Of a stretch of DNA of 64,000 bases, positions 12,786 to 46,500 are shown piece by piece. Both the position numbers and the translations under genes were made by a program. The stretch is taken from assembly GCF_009914755.1 (NCBI RefSeq), contig NC_060939.1; one strand, written 5' to 3'. This DNA comes from the human T2T-CHM13v2.0 reference genome, Homo sapiens. Position 1 is the stretch's first letter, and every line of letters begins with the position of its first letter. A model generated the notes under the pieces. That model made no database searches. It had not been told where the DNA came from and was given only the letters and a program-made list of their open reading frames with translations.

Positions 12786-13099
12786 TCGCCTGAGTTATAC
12801 ATCCACGCAGGGCAGAAGTCTTGCCTGACACGCACCCCTGCCCCACCTTGGCAGCACTCAACTCAGCCAACGTAAGTAGGACTCACTCAGTGGAGGCGGA
12901 GGGCAGTCAGTGGACAGGCATTCCCTTCCAGTCAGCCTACCCTTCCAAGCCTTCTTGGCCTTTCATAATTTTCTTTACCGTTCTGCATGTCTGGAGTGAA
13001 CACCTTTCACTCTAGATGAGGGTACCCCTCATTCTTCCCAGGCTCATTCCTACCTCCATGCTTTTGCTTCTGACTCAAGGAGCAGGCAGTATGAATAGA

Positions 13100-17780
<4,681 letters not shown>

Positions 17781-17789
17781 AAGGGATCC

Positions 17790-18745
17790 TGATATCTGAT
17801 ATGGAGAAACTTAAGTGGATACATCTGAGAACTTTGAACCTCCAGTTTCCACTAAATGCTCTGGTCTAAAGGAAGTAGCCCCCTTTCCTTGCTAAGAGAA
17901 GGGCAGCTGCCCCTTGCCTGGAGACTAGGCAAAGAGCCTCCAACAAGGCCTTACAGCAGGATGAGGTGTGTCGTCATTGCTGCCCCACATTGACACCAGG
18001 CTATGGTCATTTCTCATCATGGCCCAAGGTCACAGGCACAATCTGCTCTGGGAGAATGATTTTTTTTTTTTTTTTTTTGCCAAAAATGCAGGAGCTGCCA
18101 AGTGCCTACTGGCAGAATCTAGGAGAGGAGGTGAAGAAGTGGACATAAGGGTGTTGGACCAGGGGGAGACTAAAGGCTGTATACATGAGAATATACTAAC
18201 CTGGGGGCACTCTCAAGATTTAATGGCTTGGCAAAGACACCTGGGGCTCCAACACAGTGCTGGAGTGGCTCCTTGAAATGTGGACGGAACAGTTGCTGCA
18301 GTGAATTAGGAGGAGATTATAGAATTGCATTTGCAAAGCGTCAAAGAAGCCAGAAAGTACAGGGAGGTAGGAATGTTGGAATGGTTCATTATATGCCAGG
18401 AGATTCGGAATCCACCACTTGACTATGTGCCCTTGGAGGGCTCACAGGAACTCCCCTCTCTAGGCAAGCAAGGAAGGCACTAGTGAGAAGGGCACCTGAA
18501 TCTTTGAGGGACTCAGTGGCACTATCCTTGGTAGGCCAGGATCGACAAGAGGAGATGCTGCCATGAGACCAGGCTTCGTGGTGTCAGTGGGAACGGTGGA
18601 AGGCGAGAACAGCGGATGCCAGGTGGTGGCCCTTCACCATCATCCACAAGGTGGATGTAATTAACTTAATTGGTAGGAAGGCTAGAGTGACAGCCAGGAT
18701 GCCTTGACCTCCAGGGAGCTGTTGTGTTAGCTACAAACTGATGGC
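17790..18745 (+). mobile_element. Probable ERVL/MaLR internal fragment
   Basis: Degenerate ERVL-int-like text; family not resolved. Confidence 0.35.
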
Positions 18746-19627
18746 ATTCATGCATACTGCTGCACTCCAGCCTGGGCAACACAGTGAGACGCTGTCTCAA
18801 AAACAAAACAAAACAAAAAAAGTGTTGCTATAATGGCACCAATTGTATATGAAGTTCCTGAAATTCTGACCTCCACTAATATTATTGTGTGATTAAAAAA
18901 AATTCCATACTTGAAAGCAACACACCAATAGAGGCAAGCAAACCATGTTTTGCACCAAACAACTATCAATGGTGATGGCACGTGGATCTCCCTTTCAGAA
19001 CCCTGGGCTTCTCAGTACCCTAAAGGCTTTCTGCAGACAAGGTAACTATCAGAATCACATGGAGAAGACCAGAGCCTGGAAGGAAACCTGAGAATTTTTT
19101 ATTTCAACCTTCTTCATTTTACACAGAGACAAAACTGAAATTCAGAAGAGTTCTGGTTTCTCAAGGCACACCACTAGTCAATAAACACACAGAGCCAGAA
19201 GCTAGATCTAGCTCAGTGTTCTTTTAAAGCTTTAAAAATTGCTCTCTGCTAGTAAAGCTTACAACCTGACAATAACATAATATATACACACACAAATACA
19301 GTTATTTCCAAAATAGATTTCGGGGTTGGGGGGGCAGACCCTGCATTTTCACAAATTATAATTTAAGAATTGCAAAATCTGTCTCCAGTATTCGTAACAG
19401 GATGTCATTAACCAGTCCCCATAGTGGGTTGGACGTCTAGGTTGTTTCCAACTATTTGCTTTTATAATTATCCATTATAATGGTGAAAAATTGGAAACAA
19501 CCTAAATGTCCAACAATACAGGCATTAATTCTCTAAAAAGTGAATATCAAATAGCCATAAAAAAGACATTAAAGACCCAGAAGTGTTGCTAATTGAGCAA
19601 AAATACATTAAAGACCATTTCAGTTCA

Positions 19628-20347
<720 letters not shown>

Positions 20348-20656
20348 CACATCTCTACCAAAAATACAAAAATTAGCTGGTGTGGTGGCACATGCCTGTA
20401 ATTCCAGCTACTAGGGTGGCTGAGGCACGATGATCGCTTGAACCCAGGAGGCAGAGGTTGCAGAGTCAAGATCGCACCACTGCACTCCAGCCTGTGCAAC
20501 AAAGCATTACCCTGTCTCAAAAACTGAAAAAGTTAAAGACTGTTTGTACAGTATAAACTCTTTCAAAATATATACTCAAGCATAGAAAAGTCTAGAAATG
20601 TCATCAATGGTGATTTCAGGAAAGAATTCTAAGGTGACTTTTTTTGGTTATCTGCA

Positions 20657-23750
<3,094 letters not shown>

Positions 23751-23799
23751 CTCATAAAAATATTGTTCAGAAGAAATCTTACATATAATACATTGAAAA

Positions 23800-24996
<1,197 letters not shown>

Positions 24997-27641
24997 GCCA
25001 AAAGCGGCTGACACCAACTCCATGCAGCACTCCCGGAAATGCCCAATTTTTTGTATTTTTAATATAAGCAGGGTTTCGCCGTGTTGCCCACACTGGTCTA
25101 GAACTCCTGGACTCAAGTGATCTGCCAGCCCTGGTCTCCCAAAGTGCTAGGATTATAGGCATGAGCCACCACACCCAGGCTTGACTTTGAAACGTATGTT
25201 GTACATCCAGACAGCAGTGAACTCAGGGGGAACACCAAAGATGAGGAGAATGAGAGAAGGGATACCTCCAATTAAAGGAGTTAAGAAGAGATGCTTGAAC
25301 TTACATTTCAAAAAATCACTGCAGGTTGGGCACAGTGGCTCACACCTGTAGACACAGCACTTTGGGAGGCTGAAGTGGGTGAACGGCTTGAGCCTAGAAG
25401 TTTGAGACCACCCTGGGCAACATGGCAAAACCCCATCTGTACAAAAAATACAGTAATTAGCCAGGCACGGTGGTGCCTGTGGTCCCAGCTACTCGGGAGG
25501 CTGAGGTGGGAGGTCAAGGCTGCATGAGCTGAGATCCACCACTCCACTGCAGCCTGGGCGACAGAATGACACCCTGTCTTTAAAAAAAAAAAAAAGTCAC
25601 TGTTTTGGGGTTTTCTGGGTGAAACCTCTGTTTCCATTTAAAAAAAAAGGGTCAAGACAGTATGTATTACTGATTCAAAATCATAACCTGATGCTTAGAG
25701 TAAATCATTGTATCTATTATTTCAAAAACCAACCTCAGGATTATTAAAAGTTAATTTTATTGGGTTTTTCTTTAAGCTTGGCTGATTCACTCAGGTCTGT
25801 CACATCCAAGCCCATGTTTTACTACTTTGTAACCCTATTTGGAAGGAAAACTTCAGCTCACATTATGATCCATCCTGAGATGAAGAGTTTCACACATATA
25901 CACCACATATACCCCCCACCACAGTATGATGACACAGCAACCCAACCTTGGGCAAATGGTACCACTGCCAGCAAATGCATTTTTTTCTTTATTTAAAATT
26001 TTTTTTCTGTATTTCTTCTAACAGCAGCAAATGCATTTAACATTTTATTGAGATTCTCAACAGCTGCCATTTGGTTTGTTTAGCAAATTGTTTACAAAGT
26101 AACTTTTTTCCATTGTTGATATTTGAATGAAAATTATGTTCTTCAGTTTTAAAGCCCCATCCCTCTCCCAAAGAAAGGTTAATAACTAACTACCAAGTAA
26201 TGATTATTTAGGAAAAGAAGAAAAGCAAAACCAGCTTGTAAACACTTCTGGAACGTGGGTAAGGGGCCAAAGTCAAGACCTTCTGGGCCCAGTGCAGGTG
26301 CTAGGCTTGCCTCGGGACACCATCAGCACTTCCCCATCCACAACATCCTCAACAGCTGGGAGCCATGCGCAGACCCCAGGGGGCTTCCTGTTCCACAAGC
26401 TCCCCTCTCTTTTTCCTCTCCACCCTTGCTGTTGGGCCTTCCTTCCAAATCTGCCTAACAAAGGCAGCAGGATCTTTAATACTGTTCAGCTTTGTCAATG
26501 GAGACAGGATACTCTAGAAAGTTGAGAGATTCCCTGGTCCAGTCTGGGGGAGGAAAAAATATGCAGTGTAGCATAGATGGTTGTACTTGTCCACTCAGAC
26601 ACATGCTCATACTTATTAGATGGATGTATCAGATGCTTCAAAAGTCCTGATGTGTAATAGCACAAAAGCTGCTTGTAAAAAGGAAGTTGCAAAATGATAA
26701 AAATTTCTGCAGCAGTTCAGGCTCCTGATGACAAAGCTGGTTCTGATAAGTAGTTCTTTTGACATGCACAGCAGCTTTCACTGTAAGTCCTGTGTTCCAG
26801 CGGTTTCATTTAGACCATAGGAAGTTGAAAGCAAAGTTTAAATGTTCTCTGCTGACAAAATGTGGTATATATCCATCAATGGACTTCTACTCAGTAATGA
26901 AAGGAACAAACTACCAAAACCTGTTATATGTCATGGACCAACCTCAAAAACCTTAGCTAAGTAAAAAGCCAGACATGTGACCACATATTGTATAATTCTA
27001 TTGATTTGAAATGTCCAAAAAAGGCAAGTTGATAGAGACAGAAATGGTCTGATTTACCTCAAGAAGTAGGGATTCAAGCTCTTAGGGTACATGTGATACA
27101 TACATTAGAAGAAATAAGGAAAAGAAAAGAAATTTATATGTAAATAAATGAAAATAATACTTCTCCCTGATTATAAAGAAAATTGCATTCTTTTTGTAAT
27201 AATTTGGAAGACAAAATATGAAGAAAAGTCTTTAATTTTGCCACTGAAAGCATTCTGGTTTGTTGCTTTTTATATTTTTTTATGCATATGAACATTTTAA
27301 AAAGTAGAATCGTAATATATAGTCTTTTGTCACTATGTTTTGGGCATATTTATATGGCAGTAAATATATCCTTGGCATCATCTTTTTAAAAGCTCGATGT
27401 ATATTAAGTTAATCATTGCCACCCCAGAAGTAAATTTTCTTATATATATATTTTAATGGACGCAAGCAAGCATTTTGGGGCTGAAGTCATAGAAGTAGAA
27501 TTTCTGGAGAAAAATAACATAAAATAGTTTTAAGATTTTTAATAGAAATTTTCAAATTATCCTGCAGAAAAATTGGTTCAGTTTATACTCCCAACAGGGG
27601 CAGAGCTCCAGTATCCCGTTTCCATTTGTCCTCTTTGCTGA

Positions 27642-27938
<297 letters not shown>

Positions 27939-29169
27939 TGATCCACCCACCTCGGCCTCCTAAAGTGCTGGGATTACAGGCGTGAGCCACGGCCCTGGCC
28001 TTGAATCATTTTTATGTGCTTATTGGCCATTTTTATTCTTGTGGGAAGTGCCTGTTTCTCCATTGCCTATTTTCTGGCCAAGCTCCCAAGTCACATTTCA
28101 CTTAATTTTTATCCTGCTGATTGAAAGCATTTTAACATAAACAGGAGCAGGACAGACTGTAATTATCTAGATCTTGCTCTGTCACCCAGGCTGGAGTGCA
28201 GTGGCATGATCATAGCTACCACAGCGTCGTACTCCTGAGCTGAAGCAGTTTTCATACATCAGCCTTCCAAGTAGCTAGGACTACAGGTGTGTGCCACCAC
28301 CCCCAGCTAATTTTTAAGATTTTTTGTAGAGATGCGAATTCACTATGCTGCCCAGGCTGGTCTTGAACTCCTGACTTAAAGTGATCCTCCCACCTTGGCT
28401 TGCCAAAGTGTTGGGATTACAGGTGTGAACTACTGCTCCTGGCCGAGGGCTCATTTTGTTTGCTAGTGGTGATATTGGTATCTGTTTATATTTGAGGCTT
28501 TGGTGCTAGTGCTGAAGTATTACACTCACCATCCGAGGTTTGCAGGACTTTTGTTTTAATATTGAATAGATGGAACTGTTTACTTCTGCATCTTTGCAGG
28601 CATACAAAATGTGCCTACCAGGACTCTGCTTTATATCTATTGAAAGCAAGAAGTAATACAGTAAAACTTTGCCTGGCTAGAGGCTTTGGAAGAATGGAGT
28701 ATTCTGATTTAATGCTATTGAAGTGTGAAGGTGAAAAGAATGAAAAACTTACATTTCCTGTTGAATGCAACTTGAAAATACAGCCAGTGATTCCACTTTT
28801 CTTCTCTAGTAAGTTTGGACATTCTGATCTACTTGGTGTTTTATTATAGAACTGCTAGTGTGCCCGAGACTTACATTGTGAAGACACTTTTTAAAAAACT
28901 TGAGAGGTAAGAGGGTGTAAATGGTATTGTGTGAGATCAGGCTGGATGAGAACTGACACTTGTAAACATACTTTTTAGGCTGAATCTCTGATTGCCGTTT
29001 GTTTTCTTATTTAACTCATAAAAATAAAACACATTGGATGGAGGGTGGGAGCAGGAAGGAGATTTATGTCTTTTAATTGCATGCCATTGTTTCATATCAA
29101 GACAGAACATATGGTATCCCTGGCTTTGGACCTACAGAAGGAAACACATTTTTCTGCCTGCTGTATGCC

Positions 29170-29338
29170 AGAGGTTCTTGAACACCTGGAGGGATGACTG
29201 CAGCACAGATTGCTGAGCCCTACTCCAGAGTTTCTGATTCACCATGTCCAGGGTGGGGCCTGAGAATTTGCACTTATAAAAGGTTCTCAGGTTCTGCTGC
29301 TGCTGCTAGTCCAGAGACTACATTTTTGAGAACCACTC
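29170..29338 (+). mobile_element. MER5A-like hAT DNA transposon (second copy ~53451-53619)
   Basis: cagattgctgagccctactccagagtttctgattc...gggtggggcctgagaatttgca...tttgagaaccact. Confidence 0.75.
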
Positions 29339-29675
29339 TTGTCTACTAACTGTAAATTGTAGAACTCTAGAACAAAGCTTAGTTTGGTGTAGGAAAAGAA
29401 GCTCACAGGTTATGGAGCAAATCATGAAAGATTCAACCCTTGATCCCAGCCTAGTGTGGAATTCAGGTAACAATCAATACACAGTGACATAACACAATTC
29501 TTGGTTTTCATGATTGCAAGTCATAGCCAAGTATCAAGTGAGAAATTCAGTTTCATTTGCAAGGCTTAGAGAGGCCAGGTGATTCTAGAAAAATAGGCCT
29601 TGTATTTGCTTTAAACCAGTAAAGAGCTTTGAGTGCTTATTAAATGGAAAGCTTTGTGTTTTTATTTATTTTTGA

Positions 29676-29909
<234 letters not shown>

Positions 29910-30409
29910 TAAGGTGATCCACCCACCTAGGCCTCCCAAAGTGCTGGGATTACAGGTGTGAGCCACCACACCCGGCCCAAAAGCTTTGTGTTTTTAAAGA
30001 TATTAGACATGTTTCTTGTTTTTTAAAAAATCTTAATAATGTAGGAGAATAAGAGAAATGTTTTTTCCAAAGCCGAGAAATCATTGTGATTATTTTACCT
30101 TATTGGGATGTTGGATAATATAGTCCACTTCATTCATTAATCATCAAACATGCTATGGATTTTCCATTTTTATAGGATTTGTGTCTTCACTGGGGTAATA
30201 CTGGTAATTCTTATACTCCCTCTGAAGATGAAAAATGTAGGCCAAAATCATAGACCATGCATAGAAGCTGGATAATGAAGACAGCTCTGGAGGAACATGT
30301 AGACACACACACACTGACACACATATATATAAAGTATAAATACATATTTTTTTAAAGTTTATTTTTAACATTTTAAAGCAAAAACCAGCCCTCCCCTCTC
30401 CCGGAGTAG

Positions 30410-30580
30410 GCAGGCCCCGCCCCTCTCCCCAAGTGGGCAGGGACAGCAGTCGCATGGGCAGCTTTCCTTGTGATGTCACAGGTTCCTCTGGGCACACTGC
30501 TGCCTGGCCACGCCTCCTTTCCCTTTCATCTTTCTCATTGACCAATGGGATTGGAGCATTAAGGCCACACCCCTATTCTG
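30410..30580 (+). promoter_or_regulatory. Putative GOLGA6 proximal promoter (GC box, CCAAT/ATTGG pair, CACCC); copy at 54691-54861
   Basis: ggccccgcccc at ~30413, ccaat 30542, attgg 30550, ~100-250 nt upstream of the ATG. Confidence 0.5.
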
Positions 30581-30658
30581 CATTCTAGTGTGGCCCTGGT
30601 TACGCCTCCTCTGGCTCAGTCACACAGCAGCCTTGTAGGTGACTGGAGGTGTTCGCTG

Positions 30659-42261
<11,603 letters not shown>

Positions 42262-42357
42262 GAGCACCCAGGCTTGCCCAGCAAACCCTGCGTGCCATTC
42301 TTCTACCAGGCAGCCGAGAACAGGGAGATAAACATCATCATCTTCTAAGAGCTGGTC

Positions 42358-45300
42358 AAGAAATTTAAAACAACAACAACAAAAAGTTACGGGGTTCATC
42401 TCCTACACAATTCATTTACTCCATTTGAATGCTAGAGCCACTCACATTTATTTGTGTTTCTAATTTACCGTTTAAATTTATTTGTAAAAAGTTAAGGGAG
42501 AGTTGGTCTTTCCCTGATGTTCTTTCTGGCATCCTTTAGCATTTTTATTTTTAATTTGATAATTGTAGGTCATTAGTATGCATATCGAGTTTGCCCTTAG
42601 GTGGTGGGAATTCAAACACACAAAGACCCACTAATTTGCACAAAACTATTCTGGCTGGTTTGGAACAGGCTGCCATGCTTTTTTAATGTTATTGCAGCAT
42701 GTATATTCATTCCAGAATTCAGATAAAATGTGCTTATGTTCTGCTATTACGTTTGATCGAATCCTAACCACAGTGAGCTCTTCATTAGCTCAATATGTGG
42801 TTTGCCCTCAATTGAGCACTGTTTATTACTTTGTAATATGCCACTGTGAGTACTGACATTTAGAGTTGTTTAAAGGCCAAGAACTGGAAACAGCCTTTTC
42901 CCTATTTTCTGTGTATTGGGGATGGGAGTAATAACATTTTGGGGAGCTTTTTAAATCTCACAGAAGAGGAAAGTGGCCTGCTCTGGCAGGTGTGTGCAGG
43001 ATAGAGTGTGTTTCATTTGTTCTGGTGCCAAGAATGAGCGCTGTACTATGGTAGTTCCCTTAGGATTTGTATGTGCTCTGGGCTCATGAAGATATTGCAT
43101 CATGAGCTGCAGCAGTTGTACCCTTTCTTGATGACCTAAAAAGGGATTATTTCTGAGGAATGAAAGGCTCCCATCATTGACTGTGGATGTGGAAAACCTT
43201 TTCTAGCTTAGAGCATTTATATCTACAATACATTTTAAAGTCAGAGTTCATGTTACCTGTTTTAATCACGAGTATATGTCCCAGTACACAAAAGGGCACT
43301 GGTTGGCATTCTTCTTAAGGTATTTAGTGAAGATCATAAGAAATCCTTTAAGAGTTTAAATGTCCCTGGAAGAGGCATACAGGCTCTAGTCAAGAATGAA
43401 TTTGAGTGAAGGAAAGCTGTGTGACACCTGGCCTTCCTCTATGTTCATGGAGCTTCTTTGAGGCTAGAAGATTGATTTTATCATCTAGACCTCTCTGGCT
43501 AATACCTATTCTTCAGCCACATTAGTTACTCTGACATAGGAATTTACTTCTTTTCTTTGAATGGAAAACACTTTAAAAATAATAACAACCATTATTATAA
43601 ACCAATATATGTGAGAGTACTTAGTTGAAACAAAAAGGAGTTTTAGTAGACAGTATTATACTACACATGAAAATCAAGGCGAAGTTTATGCAACTTAAAA
43701 TGTTTACAAGCTGCAGTGCAATCTAATGTTTGTGAATGTCCAAGTATTATGAGAAAAAGTGTCTATACAATGACAGACTTATGTTTCCTCACAAAGTTCT
43801 TCACAAAGAGTGAAATATGTTTTTATACCTCTCAGTTTCAGTTAGAGGCATATTTTGTGCCATATTTATGTTAATGTGCCTATACGTGATGAGTGAATTA
43901 TTTCAGTCATACATTGCCTAAATCATAACTTTAAGATGCTTGGGAAAGAATCAACAGCTAAAAGTTCATGAAGTTCTAATGTCTGTGTTCCAAAATACGT
44001 CACAGTATTAGGATGCAGGGAGAGATGTGTGTGCGCTCCCTGGGGTGGGCATTTCTAGTTACTAGACCATCTCCATTTTTAGCATTTGGCATCCTCATGA
44101 TACTTTTATACATATGACATTAATAGGAGAGCAATAATACGATTTTACAGATGGAATAACAGATGTGCCTGCATTCAGTGAAAGAGTGCAAATATTAAGT
44201 CCTTGTGACTTCAACTGACTCTTCCAAATTGTATGAATTTATCAATGTATTAGATAAACTCAGTTCCAGAATTATAAAGAAAAACTGTTAGACCAACGAA
44301 TGTGGCTAATTAACAGTAGGACGATTTCTAGCCCGAGGGTTTAAAATGGACTTCAAGTCCTGTTCTTGCCTTTTATTTTCTGAACTTGCCACTTTTGCAT
44401 TCTTTGAGTTCAGTTTAAAGACAGTTTGAGTCCAATTTAGACCCTCGGGCTAGAAATCATACCACTGTTAATTAGCCACCTTATTTGGTCTAACAGTTTT
44501 TCTTTATAATTCTGAAACTGGGTTTACCTAATACATTGATAAATTATTTCAAAGGTATTTTTATAGTTCAAATCACTTCACTTTTACCCTGATAAATATA
44601 AATGACTAGGAATGATCTTCAGCTAGCCTTTAGCACCTGCAACCAATCTGACAATAATGTGTTCATCAGGTACCTGTGGATTAAATCACACACCGGCATA
44701 TTTAAGCTGAATGTCAGTCTGGAAAATGAATGTACTATATTAACTGAAATACCACTCTTTGTGTAGGTATTCTGTCATATATTTAAGAAAAATTAAATAG
44801 CATGTAAATCATATAACAATAACTTAAGTCTTTCTTCAAAGTGCATGTGGTCCTTTGCAATACCTCATTCAGCCAAGTATTTGTTCTCTTCCTCATTCAG
44901 TTTAAGGCAGCTTTCAATTTGCTTAGAAGGCAACATTAGAAGGGTAGAGTTTAATCAGAAACATAGAATTTTAAAGTGTGGGTTCAACTGAATAAATTTG
45001 AATTTCTGTAGGAAGTAAAGAATTAAAAATCTATTTAAAGATTGCAATATATAATCATTTTTAAAGTATTTGTTTAACCTGATGGGTTTTCCAGAAATGA
45101 AAACAAGTCAGTTCTAAAACCAAAGCTGATATTTAGAAAATGTGAAAATATAAATCAGCCCTATGCATAATATAGTTTCTCTAAAACTTTATCTTAAAGA
45201 GTCATTTTAAAAGAATATAACTATTCAAAAATGTAACTGCTATCTTAATGTTTTGAAATAAGTTAAAACACTTTAAAATATGAATACTGTAGTTTGAAAG

Positions 45301-45862
45301 AAAGAAACTGGGGGAAGGAAAAGTAGAGAAAGAAATGCCAATTCCAATGCAAGGCTTTATTTGCCAAGTTTTCTTAGAATGACTTTTACCAGTTTATGAA
45401 TTCTTGTAAACAGAATGTATAATAGAAATACTGAAACACTGTTGCCTAAAGTGGCATTGTTGACTGCTACTGTGATGCTACTGTAATGTAATAAATTATT
45501 AAATTGTTGCAAAGTGCTGTTTTTGCCTTAAAATTTTGTGTGTCTTGAAAACTATAGTATTACAGGTATTGAGACTGTGCAAATGCTGGGCACGCTTGGC
45601 ATGAGATAATCAGTTTTTATTTTTACAAAATTGTAATTAACTATGCAAGTGTGTTTATTAAAAGAATACAAACTAAAAAGAAGTTATGGGATTTAGAAAA
45701 TGTTGTAGGATGAAAAAGTTATGGGATAAAAAATGTGGAAAAGTCGTGGCAAAAAAAGTTGTGAAAAAAGTATTTAAAGTTTTATGAAAAGTTTAAAAAA
45801 AGTATTATGAAAAAGAAGTTACGGGATTAAAAAATAAGTCATGGGATATAAATAAAAATAAA
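42358..45862 (+). mobile_element. ~3.5-kb AT-rich retroposed insert forming the GOLGA6 3'UTR (probably the ITSN2 3'UTR-derived chr15 core element)
   Basis: Abrupt composition shift, A-rich decayed tail 45660-45866 with AATAAA, degenerate TSD taagagctggtc / taaaagcaggcc; source attribution from memory. Confidence 0.65.
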
Positions 45863-46500
45863 TAAAAGCAGGCCTCTGTCAGCATAAGCCTGGAGAAGTG
45901 GGGCTGGAGTCTCTGCCGCCATCGTGTCCCTACCATCCCTTCCTACCCCTTTATCATTAGGGTAGCAAGACAAGACCCCTGTCTAATGGGGAGAGACAAA
46001 CAGACCCTTTGCCACCTTGACCAGGGCTGAGTCCTTAGATTTCTGGATGATGATGATTGTTATTTAAGAGCCAGAGGCTGGTGGAGTCGGTTTGTTTGGA
46101 GGCGGCCTGATGGCCTCCCTACCCTCACCAAAGCAACTTTTCCCTCAGGGGGCTCCCATCTTCTTATTCAGAGAGGCAGCTGAGGCAGGGACAATGGGGC
46201 TAACTGTAGAGCAGGTGAGGGCACGGGCTGCTGGGAAGGCCCCAGTGTACATATAGTATCTGTGTAACATTTTGTATATTCCAGGGGGTAGGGCCACCCC
46301 CTGTATCGTACCTAGCAGAGGTTGGAGCTGGCATATGAGGAGGAGGTTCTAATCATTATTTGTGGCTGGGAAACTTATTTATTGATAGCATGGGGCAGAG
46401 GAAGGAGGTGGGGATGGGGTTGTGGCTCCCTGGTGATGCGACTCCCGTTTATTTTGCTTTTCATTTTGGAATAAATGGATTTAGCCATACTGCTCAGCCT
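45863..46500 (+). other. Displaced ancestral GOLGA2-type 3'UTR with AATAAA at ~46470
   Basis: Resumes taaaagc..ctgtcagcataagcctggagaagtggggctgga, which resembles the GOLGA2 post-stop sequence as recalled. Confidence 0.55.
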
